64,000 bases of DNA. Origin: a virus. Where the stretch lies: positions 12,534-76,533 of IMG/VR virus record IMGVR_UViG_3300042908_001001, one strand, 5' to 3'. Below the pieces are notes generated by a model. It was not told the origin of the DNA, searched no databases, and was given only the letters and a program-made list of their open reading frames with translations. A program made the translations under genes and the position numbers. Below are positions 1 through 9,718 of the stretch, piece after piece (positions within the stretch are counted from its first letter, which is position 1; the number at the start of each line of letters is the position of its first letter).

Positions 1-1593
1 GATAGTTTCTTCTGTGGCCCGTACTCGGAACGGATTCCCTAAAGCGGTTTTCTTGTCATAATCCAATTCATATCCGTCATGACGGGCTGGCAGATCGGGA
101 AAATTTTCTTCGATACCCTTAACCGTTGGATTCCGATGCCCAGGCATTGATAGGATTATCTTGTGAAATTCTGACTTAATTTCTTCCCCTTCCATTGGTT
201 CAGGAATTTCAAAACAATTGTTAATTTGAAGCTGACCAGCAACATGGGATTTTCCCGATCCCGTACTCGAAACATCTAGGGCATACTGCCATTCAGGATC
301 ACGGCACACCCGTTCATAAAATTCTTGATAGAGTTCATCCGATACAATCACCATCCGACCTGCCAATTGTTCTTTGGTTGGAAGATCTCCGCCCGTGTAG
401 TAATAGTTAATTGGCTTATTGAAAACAAAATCAGCATCTTGCATCATTTTATTGCTTTCTTCCATAATCGCCTTAGCAAAGCCAGTTAGGAAGGTCATCA
501 GGGATTTATTTTCTATGCAATCCTTAGCGACTTCTTTAATTTTGGGCATAGTCCCCTTAACGTACTGAGTAACTTTTTGTTGCCATGATGGTTTATTGAT
601 TTTTGGGAATTTAAAACCGTACTCTTTCCCGTAATAAAAAACCGTCCCGATATTGCAGGTTGATCGGGCCTTGTCATTACTATTAGCAATTTTGTCAATA
701 TACCATCCTATCTTTGGATTCGTAGGACTCCAACGTTCTAGCATAGCGATCGCAATGTTTCTTGGGATGCCGCTATTCAATACCCCAAATGCAACCCGAA
801 TCTGGAAATGGTATTGGTTAGCCCCTTTCATCGTCCGAGGTGGGATACGGTCTAAACAACCTTGGATTAAGGTGATTTTTTGATCCTCATCTTGCTCAAA
901 GTTTAAAAAGCTTGGTAGTTGAGCAAGCATCTTTCTCGCTTCTGCTTTTTCTTTTTCTTCTGCTTTCTTAATTTCTAGCGACGCGATCGCATCATCTACA
1001 TATTTTTGGGGTAAAGGAACTGCATTCTCATTTTTCCATCTCCACGCACTAGGATCATTATTCCCGTAAAATCCACGCCCACCCTCAACCGCCGCAAGGT
1101 CTAACCCTGGGTAGTCGTCAACAAACCTAAATTTCATTTCTTCATAAATTTCTAGGGAGACGGGATTCTCAAAAACAATGATCGCCCGAAAACGAGGCCA
1201 GTCTGGTTTTGAACTACAGGTTTCACAGACATAGGCGGTATATTTCTGATGTAATGGAGAATTTAAGATACTCCACTGGGTATTTTCAATTTTTTTTATC
1301 TTTTGATCTTCCTTTTTCCCTTTTTCGTTGACAACCTGAATAGTTTCGGTATTGTCAAAATCTAACGCGACTCCATATATAAGGTCAATATTTTCCTTAT
1401 TCCTTCTTCCATCCCCTTTATAGGTAGCCATAGAGTACGAGAAGCCCATAGACTCCGCCTCTATCAGGTCATCTATCGATCCTTGGTACGGCTGAAAACC
1501 AGCAGTAAACTTCTCATGCTGAGTCGTTTTATTGATAACTAGCGAGTTTACCGAAAATTTGAAGTTATCTAGGGATTGAGTAACATTTAGCAT
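1..1593 (-). CDS. Primase-polymerase (AEP-like) with PriCT-2-like domain, probably fused to a helicase; runs off the left edge
   Basis: Not in the ORF track. Hand translation from ATG at 1593 is open where read (1593 to ~480 and 1-60): MLNVTQSLDNFKF...GVALDFDN...ETCSSKPDWPRFRAIIVF...LDRIPP...LERWSP. DxD plus SxS..P(R/K)FR motifs and a PriCT-2-like segment. Confidence 0.75.
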   Translation of the reverse strand, partial: MLNVTQSLDNFKFSVNSLVINKTTQHEKFTAGFQPYQGSIDDLIEAESMGFSYSMATYKGDGRRNKENIDLIYGVALDFDNTETIQVVNEKGKKEDQKIKKIENTQWSILNSPLHQKYTAYVCETCSSKPDWPRFRAIIVFENPVSLEIYEEMKFRFVDDYPGLDLAAVEGGRGFYGNNDPSAWRWKNENAVPLPQKYVDDAIASLEIKKAEEKEKAEARKMLAQLPSFLNFEQDEDQKITLIQGCLDRIPPRTMKGANQYHFQIRVAFGVLNSGIPRNIAIAMLERWSPTNPKIGWYIDKIANSNDKARSTCNIGTVFYYGKEYGFKFPKINKPSWQQKVTQYVKGTMPKIKEVAKDCIENKSLMTFLTGFAKAIMEESNKMMQDADFVFNKPINYYYTGGDLPTKEQLAGRMVIVSDELYQEFYERVCRDPEWQYALDVSSTGSGKSHVAGQLQINNCFEIPEPMEGEEIKSEFHKIILSMPGHRNPTVKGIEENFPDLPARHDGYELDYDKKTALGNPFRVRATEETI

Positions 1594-1926
1594 ATATTTT
1601 ACGCTCCTAAATACATTTTAACGATAAACACAACAAAACCCTCACACCGTGTAGAGCAGGTGAAGGGCTGAAAGCTTTGATGGGCAAGGATCGGACTAAA
1701 TCTTGGATATGGCATAAGGATAATACTTGTCAGGTTAATCCAATAATAACATACATCTTATAAAGGATCAAACAAAAAATACCTCCCTTGAGAGGAGGTG
1801 AATAATAACCTAACAAAGAGAATCCAGACGCGAACTTAAATAGAATTTATCATAATAAGGAGCGTATAAGGCTTTGACGGGGATCTATCATTGTGTGAGC
1901 AATTAAAGCATCAAAGCCATATCCTT

Positions 1927-2006
1927 AAGATACACTTAAAACAAAAATATGTCAAGAAAAATGTTTTAATAATTTTATTGACTTTTTAAAATAGATCATT
2001 TATGAT
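1927..2006. promoter_or_regulatory. Back-to-back sigma70-type promoters
   Basis: Plus strand TTGACT(1978-1983)-17-TATGAT(2001-2006); minus strand TTGACA(1955-1950)-17-TATCTT; TGTTTTA box between them. Confidence 0.7.
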
Positions 2007-2042
2007 TAGGTCATACCTCAAAAAACAAAGGAGATTTAACCC

Positions 2043-2282
2043 TTGACTACATTTTCCGAAGCGTTTAAAACCATTGACAACTTGACCAGCTACCTACAGT
2101 CCCAAGGTATTAAAAACCAAGTTAAGGCTCTTGATACAGCCCGCACTCTTGTAGGTTTTTTGCTTGAGGGGAAAGAATTACCCGCTAAGTCAGAACAGGC
2201 CGAACTACCCTTGGTCGCTCCCGCTTGCCCCGCGCCCGTATCGGAAGAAACGGAAGACGAAGAAGCCGACGAAGACGAATAA
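2043..2282 (+). CDS. Hypothetical protein with acidic C-terminus
   Basis: TTG start after AAAGGAG RBS and promoter; ends EETEDEEADEDE. Confidence 0.6.
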   Translation: MTTFSEAFKTIDNLTSYLQSQGIKNQVKALDTARTLVGFLLEGKELPAKSEQAELPLVAPACPAPVSEETEDEEADEDE

Positions 2283-2406
2283 TCTTGAACAGAGGTAAAA
2301 CAAAATGAAAACTTATTACCTCTGTTTACTCCTCATTCACTTTTTACTTTTGACTAAAGTTCTGAAACGTTTTTGCAAACTTAAAACAAATTAACTAATT
2401 ACGATT

Positions 2407-3612
2407 ATGGCTGAAATTAAATTCGATCTCCAAACCTTTGCTGACTTTACTGAATTTCCTCAAGGTCTAACCGAAGACGGAAACCCTATCAAATACCGAA
2501 GATTTTCCATCGCTGAATTAGAACATTACGGACTTCACTATATCCCTACTGTTTTTTTGTTGCTTGCTGAATCCTTAGATACTGGTATTGAATTTTGGAG
2601 TACAGGGGTACTGCCAGAATCGCTCGACTCAACCAAAGGATTGTTAAAACTTGCCTACGATGAAAACGGAATGCCAAACGCATTATATGGCCCAACGATT
2701 TGTCGAAACGGTAATCAGCTTGTTTTATCCTATGGTGATTTTGAGTTTCCAGTAAACAATGAAAAAAATACTTTAATCATTGGAGGATTACAAGGAAACT
2801 TTGAAATCGAAAAAAATCAAGATGGTTCCAAAAAATTCCTAAAAGCACGATTAGCTGACAAAGATTACGCCACTGGGGAAGAATTTGTTATTTCTTGCCT
2901 ATTGGAAGATTGGGAAAATCCCCCAACACTTTCAGAGTTAAATGGCAAGTTAAATAAAAACGAGTCCATCGTTGAATTATTCAAGCCCTTGATGCCTCCG
3001 ATCACTTTAATGGATGAATTGCCTAATGGAGATTACAAGGTAATCAAAATTGGGGAACCCAAAGAAGGTCAGTATGGCTTAAATGTTGTGATTAATTGTG
3101 AGGGAATGTCAACGTTTCTACAAAAAGGGCATCCGTCCCACATGAAAGCAACAAAAGATTTTACTCCCACAACTAAAGAGACTAAAGACAAATATGCCAA
3201 AATCCAAAAAGAATTACGTAATGCTACAGACGAAGCCACTAAATCCGAACTAAAAAAAGAACTTTTAGTTCTTGCTATGGCAATGGGCGACTGGCAAGTA
3301 ATTAATTTCCATATTGAAGAAAACAATAAGGAATGGATTCTACGCATCGTTGACGGTGGACTTAAAAAAACTGGTGTCAACAAAGGGAAGCCCAAAAAGA
3401 ATAGCCAATTAATTCCTGCTTCTCAATCTTTTCCATCTACTCCAAAAGAAGCCCCCTTAATGCTTTCTGCAAGCGTTGAAACCGTTCCTTTTGAAGAAGT
3501 TGTTAAAGATGCTCAAGCGTCTTTATTCTCTCCTGAAAAAGAGTTAGTAACGGCTGGCAAGTCTGGCAAAAAAACAAAAGATAAACCCTCTGAAATTGAG
3601 CCTCCATTCTAG
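2407..3612 (+). CDS. Hypothetical replication protein, possibly ssDNA-binding
   Basis: 401-aa ORF divergent from the primase; SSB-like C-terminal tip EIEPPF; internal QASLF clamp-binding-like motif. Function is inference. Confidence 0.45.
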   Translation: MAEIKFDLQTFADFTEFPQGLTEDGNPIKYRRFSIAELEHYGLHYIPTVFLLLAESLDTGIEFWSTGVLPESLDSTKGLLKLAYDENGMPNALYGPTICRNGNQLVLSYGDFEFPVNNEKNTLIIGGLQGNFEIEKNQDGSKKFLKARLADKDYATGEEFVISCLLEDWENPPTLSELNGKLNKNESIVELFKPLMPPITLMDELPNGDYKVIKIGEPKEGQYGLNVVINCEGMSTFLQKGHPSHMKATKDFTPTTKETKDKYAKIQKELRNATDEATKSELKKELLVLAMAMGDWQVINFHIEENNKEWILRIVDGGLKKTGVNKGKPKKNSQLIPASQSFPSTPKEAPLMLSASVETVPFEEVVKDAQASLFSPEKELVTAGKSGKKTKDKPSEIEPPF

Positions 3613-3615
3613 CCT

Positions 3616-4485
3616 ATGCTATTTTTAATCATGCCCACGAACCCAAAAAGTAAAGTCGATCAAAAGATTCTAATGGATCAGTTTTTAGCTCTACGTTTAC
3701 TAATGGAAGAGTCGGGCATGATTAAATGGGTAAGCAAGAATGGCAAAAAGAATTTAGAGATTGAACCCAATTGTATCAGTCAACTAAAATCTCTTTACCC
3801 TGATAAAAAAAGAGAAATTCATTTAGGAGAAAAAGCAAAAGACATTTTAGTAATGTCTGTTAAGGGGATGGTAATCGAAGTCGCTAGATACTATCTAGCA
3901 AAGATGCGCTTAGATAATTCAAAGCTAGATGAATTGATTCAGATGGGCTACTTAGGGGCTACTTATTCCCTCTATAAGTTTAATCCAACAAAAAATATCA
4001 AATGGTCATCTTATGCTTATCTTTGGATAAAAGCCAAAATCTCTAGAGGTTCTTATCAGGATTATCTAATAAAAGCTAATTTGAAATATGAAGCCTTAAT
4101 ATTGACAGTCCCTCAAAGGATAAAACGTTTTGATTTACTGGCTTTTTCTACGGACTTACTTTGGATTTATCTTTCCCAAAAGACAATCTATCCTACTTAT
4201 CCTTTTAAGTTTTATTCGGAAAGTCCACAGGCAGATGACGGGTATACTTCTAGTATTTTTGACACTCTCCCATGTGAAAATAACAGAAATTTAGTTGATG
4301 AAATTCATTTAATTTTATCTCAGGACGAAATTGATATTCTAATGTCAGACGATCAAACCACAAAAAAGAAAAAAGACAATGTAGGTATTCTCGAAATGGC
4401 ATTAATGCAAGGGATACCGTTAGACAATTTTTACGACAAAAAACAACAAATCATCAACAAAGTAATGGAGCGTATTGAATTATGA
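3616..4485 (+). CDS. Phage-encoded sigma70-family factor
   Basis: Region-2 signature DELIQMGYLGATYSLYKFNPTKNIKWSSYAYLWIKAKI (cf. DLIQEG..GL..A..KFDP..G.KFSTYA.WWI); region 4 poorly recognisable. Confidence 0.8.
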   Translation: MLFLIMPTNPKSKVDQKILMDQFLALRLLMEESGMIKWVSKNGKKNLEIEPNCISQLKSLYPDKKREIHLGEKAKDILVMSVKGMVIEVARYYLAKMRLDNSKLDELIQMGYLGATYSLYKFNPTKNIKWSSYAYLWIKAKISRGSYQDYLIKANLKYEALILTVPQRIKRFDLLAFSTDLLWIYLSQKTIYPTYPFKFYSESPQADDGYTSSIFDTLPCENNRNLVDEIHLILSQDEIDILMSDDQTTKKKKDNVGILEMALMQGIPLDNFYDKKQQIINKVMERIEL

Positions 4486-5192
4486 TTGCATCTCAAGTAA
4501 TGATGCCTACTAATGAATATATTTTATCTGGTTTTAACAAAAAATATGGACAGTCAGCATTATTAATTGACGGGGGGTATGATTCCGATATTGGAATATA
4601 TCATTATCAAATCCATAAGATTAATAAGTACGATAAGGTTAACGGAAAGGTTTTTCTGGAAAACATAGGTTCATACGTTCCTGATGAACAAGGAAATCTC
4701 CCATTTAACATGAAGTATGGATTCTCTTTTTTTGAGGGATGTCAACACAAAGGTGTCCCATTTTATCCAATTTCAAGAAGCACTGTTGCAAGAATATCAA
4801 TAGAGTACAAACAAACTTCTTACACGGCCTATGGTGGCTGTAGTTCTTGCGAAAACATATTTGAAAGGTTTTGGGTAAAAAGCTTTGATAATCTACTAAA
4901 AAACTGTCCACAAGAATCATTGTCTGTAAAAGATTTGGTGATTTCAGAAATAAAGAAATTGTCCAATATAGCAGTTATGCGTGATTATTCTCGCAATTGG
5001 GTGTATTACAAATTTATGGACAAAGTACAAACAATAGACCAAAAAATAAATAATGAAATATTACAAAACACTCCATATTACTACTCATCTCAACTTGCTT
5101 ATAACCAATTTTCTTGGGGCTTAGTACAGTCATCAACAAAAGACAAAAAGAAAGATGATGAAAGATTGTTTGATTCTTTTTATCGGGTATGA
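4482..5192 (+). CDS. Hypothetical protein
   Basis: ATGA-coupled to the sigma gene; 236 aa; contains CxxC. Confidence 0.6.
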   Translation: MIASQVMMPTNEYILSGFNKKYGQSALLIDGGYDSDIGIYHYQIHKINKYDKVNGKVFLENIGSYVPDEQGNLPFNMKYGFSFFEGCQHKGVPFYPISRSTVARISIEYKQTSYTAYGGCSSCENIFERFWVKSFDNLLKNCPQESLSVKDLVISEIKKLSNIAVMRDYSRNWVYYKFMDKVQTIDQKINNEILQNTPYYYSSQLAYNQFSWGLVQSSTKDKKKDDERLFDSFYRV

Positions 5193-5545
5193 TCAACATG
5201 AAAAAGCAATTCTTTAAATGGCTAGAAAGTCGCATTATTAAATGCTCAGTCTTTATTCGTAACCTATGGACTGGTAAAAATACTTGTGTTATTGCAAGGC
5301 TAGTAGTCGATGATGACGGCGATCAATTTGTTCAATATATTAATCGCATTTCTGATACTGGCATTGGGTATGGATTCTCTTGCAAATTGATTGATGCTAA
5401 ATGGTATGAATCTCCCAAAAAAGCATTAGAGGATATCGTCAAGCTACCATCTTTGTATAGCTCACAAAACTGGGAGATTTTCTCTATTAGCGAATATGAT
5501 GAAAACTCGATTAAAGAAGCTTTATTAAAAGGGCAGGTTTGGTAA
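5189..5545 (+). CDS. Hypothetical protein
   Basis: Overlap-coupled ORF in the same operon. Confidence 0.55.
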   Translation: MINMKKQFFKWLESRIIKCSVFIRNLWTGKNTCVIARLVVDDDGDQFVQYINRISDTGIGYGFSCKLIDAKWYESPKKALEDIVKLPSLYSSQNWEIFSISEYDENSIKEALLKGQVW

Positions 5546-5703
5546 TGGAAATAAAGATTAAGCTAAACGTAATATTCTTGGCATTTTTTTGTATCTTGTC
5601 TATTTTTATTCCTTGGAAAACTATTCTTTTGTGGTGTGGTGCAATCTACTTATTGACAGCCATTAATGACTTGTTTGCATTATTACAAGAGGTGAAGAAA
5701 TGA
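5545..5703 (+). CDS. Small membrane protein (52 aa)
   Basis: TAATG coupling; hand translation MEIKIKLNVIFLAFFCILSIFIPW... is hydrophobic. Confidence 0.45.
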   Translation: MEIKIKLNVIFLAFFCILSIFIPWKTILLWCGAIYLLTAINDLFALLQEVKK

Positions 5704-5744
5704 CACTAGGACGGCAATCATATCGAGCCATTATTACTCGCTAT

Positions 5745-7121
5745 TCAAATCTTAAGCTTGACGATAATATTCCCGCGATCGCAAGTCACCCGCTCAACCA
5801 ATTCCCTGAAAATATCTCTCAACTCGAAATTAGTGGCAAGTCCCCAGAAATTAGGGTCGGATGTCGCTAGTAAATGCTCACTTAATAAATGATTATTTCT
5901 TTCTCCATATTGAGCATTAATCAAATTACTTAATTTAGTTTCATCTGCAAGAATAATATCATTCAGTCTAGGATCGTTTAACGATTTTAGTTGAGTGATA
6001 TTCTTTCTTAGTTCTCTAATTTCTGGACTTTCTACAATCTCAGATTCACCCTCACATCCCCATTTAGCAACCTCCTGGGAGCGTAAAATCAAGGCGTCTA
6101 TCACAGCATCAATATAATCTTGAATCTTTAGTCCGTAACTGGTTCTTATGCCACAAGTCGCACTTTTTCCGCATCTTGGGTAAGCTCCGTTACAGTACAG
6201 ATAATAGGCTTGTTTTCGTGCATTGATAACCGATTTGGCTGACATACGACTTCCACAAGTACAAAATATAGACCCTGCTAACGGATTTCTCAATGTATCT
6301 GATTTTTTCGTTGTTTTGCTTGAATCTAATATGTTTTGAATATTTAGCCATTCTGATACCGTAATCAATGGTTCATGATGATTAGGAATTTCAATTCTTT
6401 TGTTTTGTTTCTTTGGAAAATAAACCAACGTACCAATCAATGACGGGTTTTTTAGCCAGTCAATAAAAGCCGATTGGGTGTGAGGGAAATCATCCTCATG
6501 CGCCCTTAATCTCTCAGTGCCAAATCGTTTACACAATGCCCTAACCGTTCCTGAAGCTGTTTGAATTTCATAAAAGGTATCAATCGCTATTCTTACGACT
6601 TCTGGGTAGGTTATTCCCGTATCTTTGTATAGATTCCTATTAATAATTAATTCATCATTCACCATCAAATAACCAAAACAGGGTTTAAGCGGTAAATGTT
6701 TTGATCTGCGGTGTTGCATCCCTTTTAACGCTTGCTCTTGATTTAATCGCCTCTGAAAAGCATCGGTAGCCGCGATCACACTACTGGTATAAATCCCTAC
6801 TGCCGATGTAATATCAAGCTTCCCTCTGTCCAAAGAAATCATCGTCACTCGCATTCTTTCGCATCGACTTCTCAAATCAGCCCATATCATTTCATCCCTA
6901 GCCAGTCTTGATTGCAAAGGAAAAATTAATTCATCCCCTTCTCTCAAGATTTTCATCACAAAATCCAAACCAGCCCGCCCCATCTTGCCGCCACTGATAA
7001 TATCGTAATAAATATTTTCAGGCTCCACCCCCGCCGCGATCAATTCCTTGGTGTATCGCTCGCTCGCACTATTGTCTTCAAATTGATGTAACGTTGATTG
7101 TCTCCAGTAACCGATTTTCAT
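5745..7121 (-). CDS. Large serine recombinase (integrase)
   Basis: MKIGYWRQST (catalytic YxRxS), DIISG, SRLARD, recombinase domain ending HEPLI, Zn ribbon CTCG...YLYC...C and coiled coil. Start re-called to 7121 because the upstream 78 bp contain the attP-like repeat. Confidence 0.9.
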   Translation of the reverse strand: MKIGYWRQSTLHQFEDNSASERYTKELIAAGVEPENIYYDIISGGKMGRAGLDFVMKILREGDELIFPLQSRLARDEMIWADLRSRCERMRVTMISLDRGKLDITSAVGIYTSSVIAATDAFQRRLNQEQALKGMQHRRSKHLPLKPCFGYLMVNDELIINRNLYKDTGITYPEVVRIAIDTFYEIQTASGTVRALCKRFGTERLRAHEDDFPHTQSAFIDWLKNPSLIGTLVYFPKKQNKRIEIPNHHEPLITVSEWLNIQNILDSSKTTKKSDTLRNPLAGSIFCTCGSRMSAKSVINARKQAYYLYCNGAYPRCGKSATCGIRTSYGLKIQDYIDAVIDALILRSQEVAKWGCEGESEIVESPEIRELRKNITQLKSLNDPRLNDIILADETKLSNLINAQYGERNNHLLSEHLLATSDPNFWGLATNFELRDIFRELVERVTCDRGNIIVKLKI

Positions 7122-7130
7122 GGCTGTCCC

Positions 7131-7184
7131 TCTATTTGTGATTCCATTATACAGCCCACCCTGTATATTCAATGCACAAATAGA
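7131..7184. other. Putative attP site
   Basis: 54-bp imperfect inverted repeat TCTATTTGTG-N7-TATACAG-CCCACC-CTGTATA-N7-CACAAATAGA centred on CA (7157-7158), about 10 bp upstream of the recombinase. Confidence 0.7.
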
Positions 7185-7191
7185 CTGAAAC

Positions 7192-7398
7192 ATGGACAAG
7201 GAAAGGCTTCTGGCAAAATCAGCTTATCTCAAAGCAGTTAATACGATGCTACTCATAGGCATTGAATCGCAATTTTTTCCGATAGCCGAAACAACCAGTT
7301 ATGAATTTGCGATCGCGCTTTTGGAGTGCATCAAGTTGTCAAAAAATTTAGCTGAGGATATTTTGGAAATAATTGAAACGGGAGTAGACGAATATTGA
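7192..7398 (+). CDS. Hypothetical protein divergent from the integrase
   Basis: 68-aa ORF immediately across attP. Confidence 0.5.
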   Translation: MDKERLLAKSAYLKAVNTMLLIGIESQFFPIAETTSYEFAIALLECIKLSKNLAEDILEIIETGVDEY

Positions 7399-7501
7399 CC
7401 AATAAAAAACCGCCCTAAACGGACGGCTCCATTTTAAGCTACAGTTTGACATAAAAACCGATCTGATTCCTCCATAAAATTATGATCGTATTCAGTAAAT
7501 A

Positions 7502-9181
7502 TTAACCATAAAAATCAATCACCCAAGATGGATCGTAACCTTCCACAAAACTAAGAACCAAAGCATCTAAATCGTCAGGAGAGGATAAACCACGCTTTTT
7601 CATATCGTCTTTACTTTCAATCAAAATTTTACCAGTAGTGGTGTATTTTGTGATTGGTTGGGACATTTGATTGATTAAGCTTCCATCATTAGGAATTGAC
7701 AATAATTCATCCAAGGGATGGTTTTTGATCCCATGAATCACCTCATAGGTTTTCTTGGCACGTTCTCTGATCAAATACAATCCCTCTGCTCTACAGTTCC
7801 TAAATTTCTCCTTACTGGTTTTCCCTTCCCCTTCCCACACCACGTCATCGGACGGTGTACCATTTCCATGAAAAGCCGTTACATTGTATGGTCTGTTTTC
7901 AATATTCTCGAAAGGATGAGCGCATCCCTCGCCCACTCCGTCCGAGTCAAAAGCAATTTTTTCTAATTCAAATTCTCTCATCAACTCATCAGACTTGAAA
8001 ACGGTAGGAGTAGGCTTTAATCCCCGCCAACGGATCAACGGTTGAACCACGCAACCAACCCGATGACAAAAGACGGTTTGATCGCCTTTTTTGCTTACCG
8101 ATACGTCTAACCCAGCCGCTTTGGTGCTAGACGCTTCAGCTAGTCCGTCAATGCGTAAATGGCTATTCACACACGCCATGACATATTCAGGGGGGATAAC
8201 AACGCCTTGGACAGAGCTTGTGAAGTCCATATCGTATTCCTGCGCCCAAATGAGATCCCCTACTTCCCTACGCTTGGCAATCTCAAAGGGGTAAACGGCT
8301 CCTAATGGAGAATCCCAACCCCAACCAGCATCCCATTCATCCTGATTATTTATAGCCCTTTCGTAACCATCTATCATTTCTTGATCCCATACAATCTTTT
8401 CTCTTTTGGGAGCAAACCATCTTCCCTTAATAGGGTGATCTTTCCAGTGATAACTGAATACAGGGTAATCCCCCGATGTCACCTGCTCATAAAATTTATG
8501 GGCAGTCCCATAAACCGTTGACACAAAAAAGACATTATCAGCAACCGCACTAAGGGCTGAAATTTTAGCGTCTGGACGCTCGCAGTGATTCCACTCATCA
8601 ATAATTACTTCCGTAGCCCGACCGCCGCGACCAAAACTATCGCCTCCAATTCCTGCTATTTCAGACCCATTGATGGGATTCTTAATAAATCCTGTTTTGT
8701 TATTTTCACGACTATCCCATCCCTCTGGTTGCATCCATTTAGGGAGTCGATTTAAAAGCATCCTATATTTCTCCATAATGCTCTTAGAACTACCTTTTTC
8801 GTCAACGGTAGAGATTACGTTAGCACCGACCCATCCCACATAATAATCAGTGAAAAGCCATGAATGAACCTGATTAATCGCTCCTAATACCCAAGTTGCC
8901 CCAATATCCCGTGATTTGGGAACACACGCCCATCTGACTTGTCCCTCCACGCGATCGCGTTTCATGGCATCTACCCAGTTCAATAGTTCCCGTTGCCTTG
9001 GGTATAGGATGAACGGGCTAAACGGGGGTGATTCTCTAGGATTAAAAGCAGTTACAAAATTATCACACCACCATAATTTGTCACGTTTACACATCTCTAG
9101 GCACAACTGCCTAAACTCTAAATCTTTCTCGCATTTATCTATGATTTGATTACGGATAATCAGGTTTTGTATAGTGTTCAT
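7502..9181 (-). CDS. terL: Terminase large subunit
   Basis: LYPRQ, Walker A-like KSRDIGATW, GRGGR, Walker B IIDE, VST coupling motif, nuclease GLDVS...GDQT...FDSDGVG...ESKDDMKKRGLSSPDDLDAL. Confidence 0.93.
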   Translation of the reverse strand: MNTIQNLIIRNQIIDKCEKDLEFRQLCLEMCKRDKLWWCDNFVTAFNPRESPPFSPFILYPRQRELLNWVDAMKRDRVEGQVRWACVPKSRDIGATWVLGAINQVHSWLFTDYYVGWVGANVISTVDEKGSSKSIMEKYRMLLNRLPKWMQPEGWDSRENNKTGFIKNPINGSEIAGIGGDSFGRGGRATEVIIDEWNHCERPDAKISALSAVADNVFFVSTVYGTAHKFYEQVTSGDYPVFSYHWKDHPIKGRWFAPKREKIVWDQEMIDGYERAINNQDEWDAGWGWDSPLGAVYPFEIAKRREVGDLIWAQEYDMDFTSSVQGVVIPPEYVMACVNSHLRIDGLAEASSTKAAGLDVSVSKKGDQTVFCHRVGCVVQPLIRWRGLKPTPTVFKSDELMREFELEKIAFDSDGVGEGCAHPFENIENRPYNVTAFHGNGTPSDDVVWEGEGKTSKEKFRNCRAEGLYLIRERAKKTYEVIHGIKNHPLDELLSIPNDGSLINQMSQPITKYTTTGKILIESKDDMKKRGLSSPDDLDALVLSFVEGYDPSWVIDFYG

Positions 9182-9260
9182 TTAATTTGTTTTATAATTT
9201 TGTTGACATTTTCGTTGAGTTGCCCTATTCTTGGAATAACCTATAAGAGAGGCAATCGCC

Positions 9261-9428
9261 ATGACCACATCACAGTTATTTAAAGAAAAAGACAAAGAAT
9301 ATCAGCTTGCTTATGCTTCTTATATGTCGGGAAGTATGGGTTTTGAAGACCTTAAAAAAATAGAGCGAGAACGTAGTAACTTGCTTTCCAAAGTCAAAAA
9401 AGAAATCAAAAAGAGAGTTAACAAATAA
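9261..9428 (+). CDS. Small hypothetical protein (55 aa)
   Basis: AGAGG RBS, promoter TTGACA(9203)-17-TATTCT; MTTSQLFKEKDKEYQL... Confidence 0.55.
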   Translation: MTTSQLFKEKDKEYQLAYASYMSGSMGFEDLKKIERERSNLLSKVKKEIKKRVNK

Positions 9429-9433
9429 TAGCC

Positions 9434-9718
9434 ATGAATACAGGATTGCCTAAAGACTACTCAAAAAGAAATTATCCTATTTCTAAAGAGCAAAACACTA
9501 AATTCACACAAGCTAAATCAATAGAATTTGAATCATTCAGTATTGTCAAGTCATTAAAAACACCATTACTTGTGGAGATTGTGGAAAAGATAGAATCCGT
9601 AAACTCCAAAAAAGAATGGGATTTGATTTTATCTACTTACGGGCATGACGCAATTCAATATATCCAAGATGAATACTTAACAGATAAAATCAATAACAAA
9701 ATATCGTCTTTTTGTTGA
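9434..9718 (+). CDS. Hypothetical protein
   Basis: 94-aa ORF following the previous gene. Confidence 0.5.
   Translation: MNTGLPKDYSKRNYPISKEQNTKFTQAKSIEFESFSIVKSLKTPLLVEIVEKIESVNSKKEWDLILSTYGHDAIQYIQDEYLTDKINNKISSFC

Noticed and set aside
513-883. ORFs 513..698(-) and 653..883(+)
   Set aside because: They are shadows inside the primase ORF 1..1593(-), which the track missed because it has no stop in the window.
7122-7199. 26-aa N-terminal extension of the recombinase
   Set aside because: It overlaps the attP-like repeat; the family-typical start MKIGY is at 7121.
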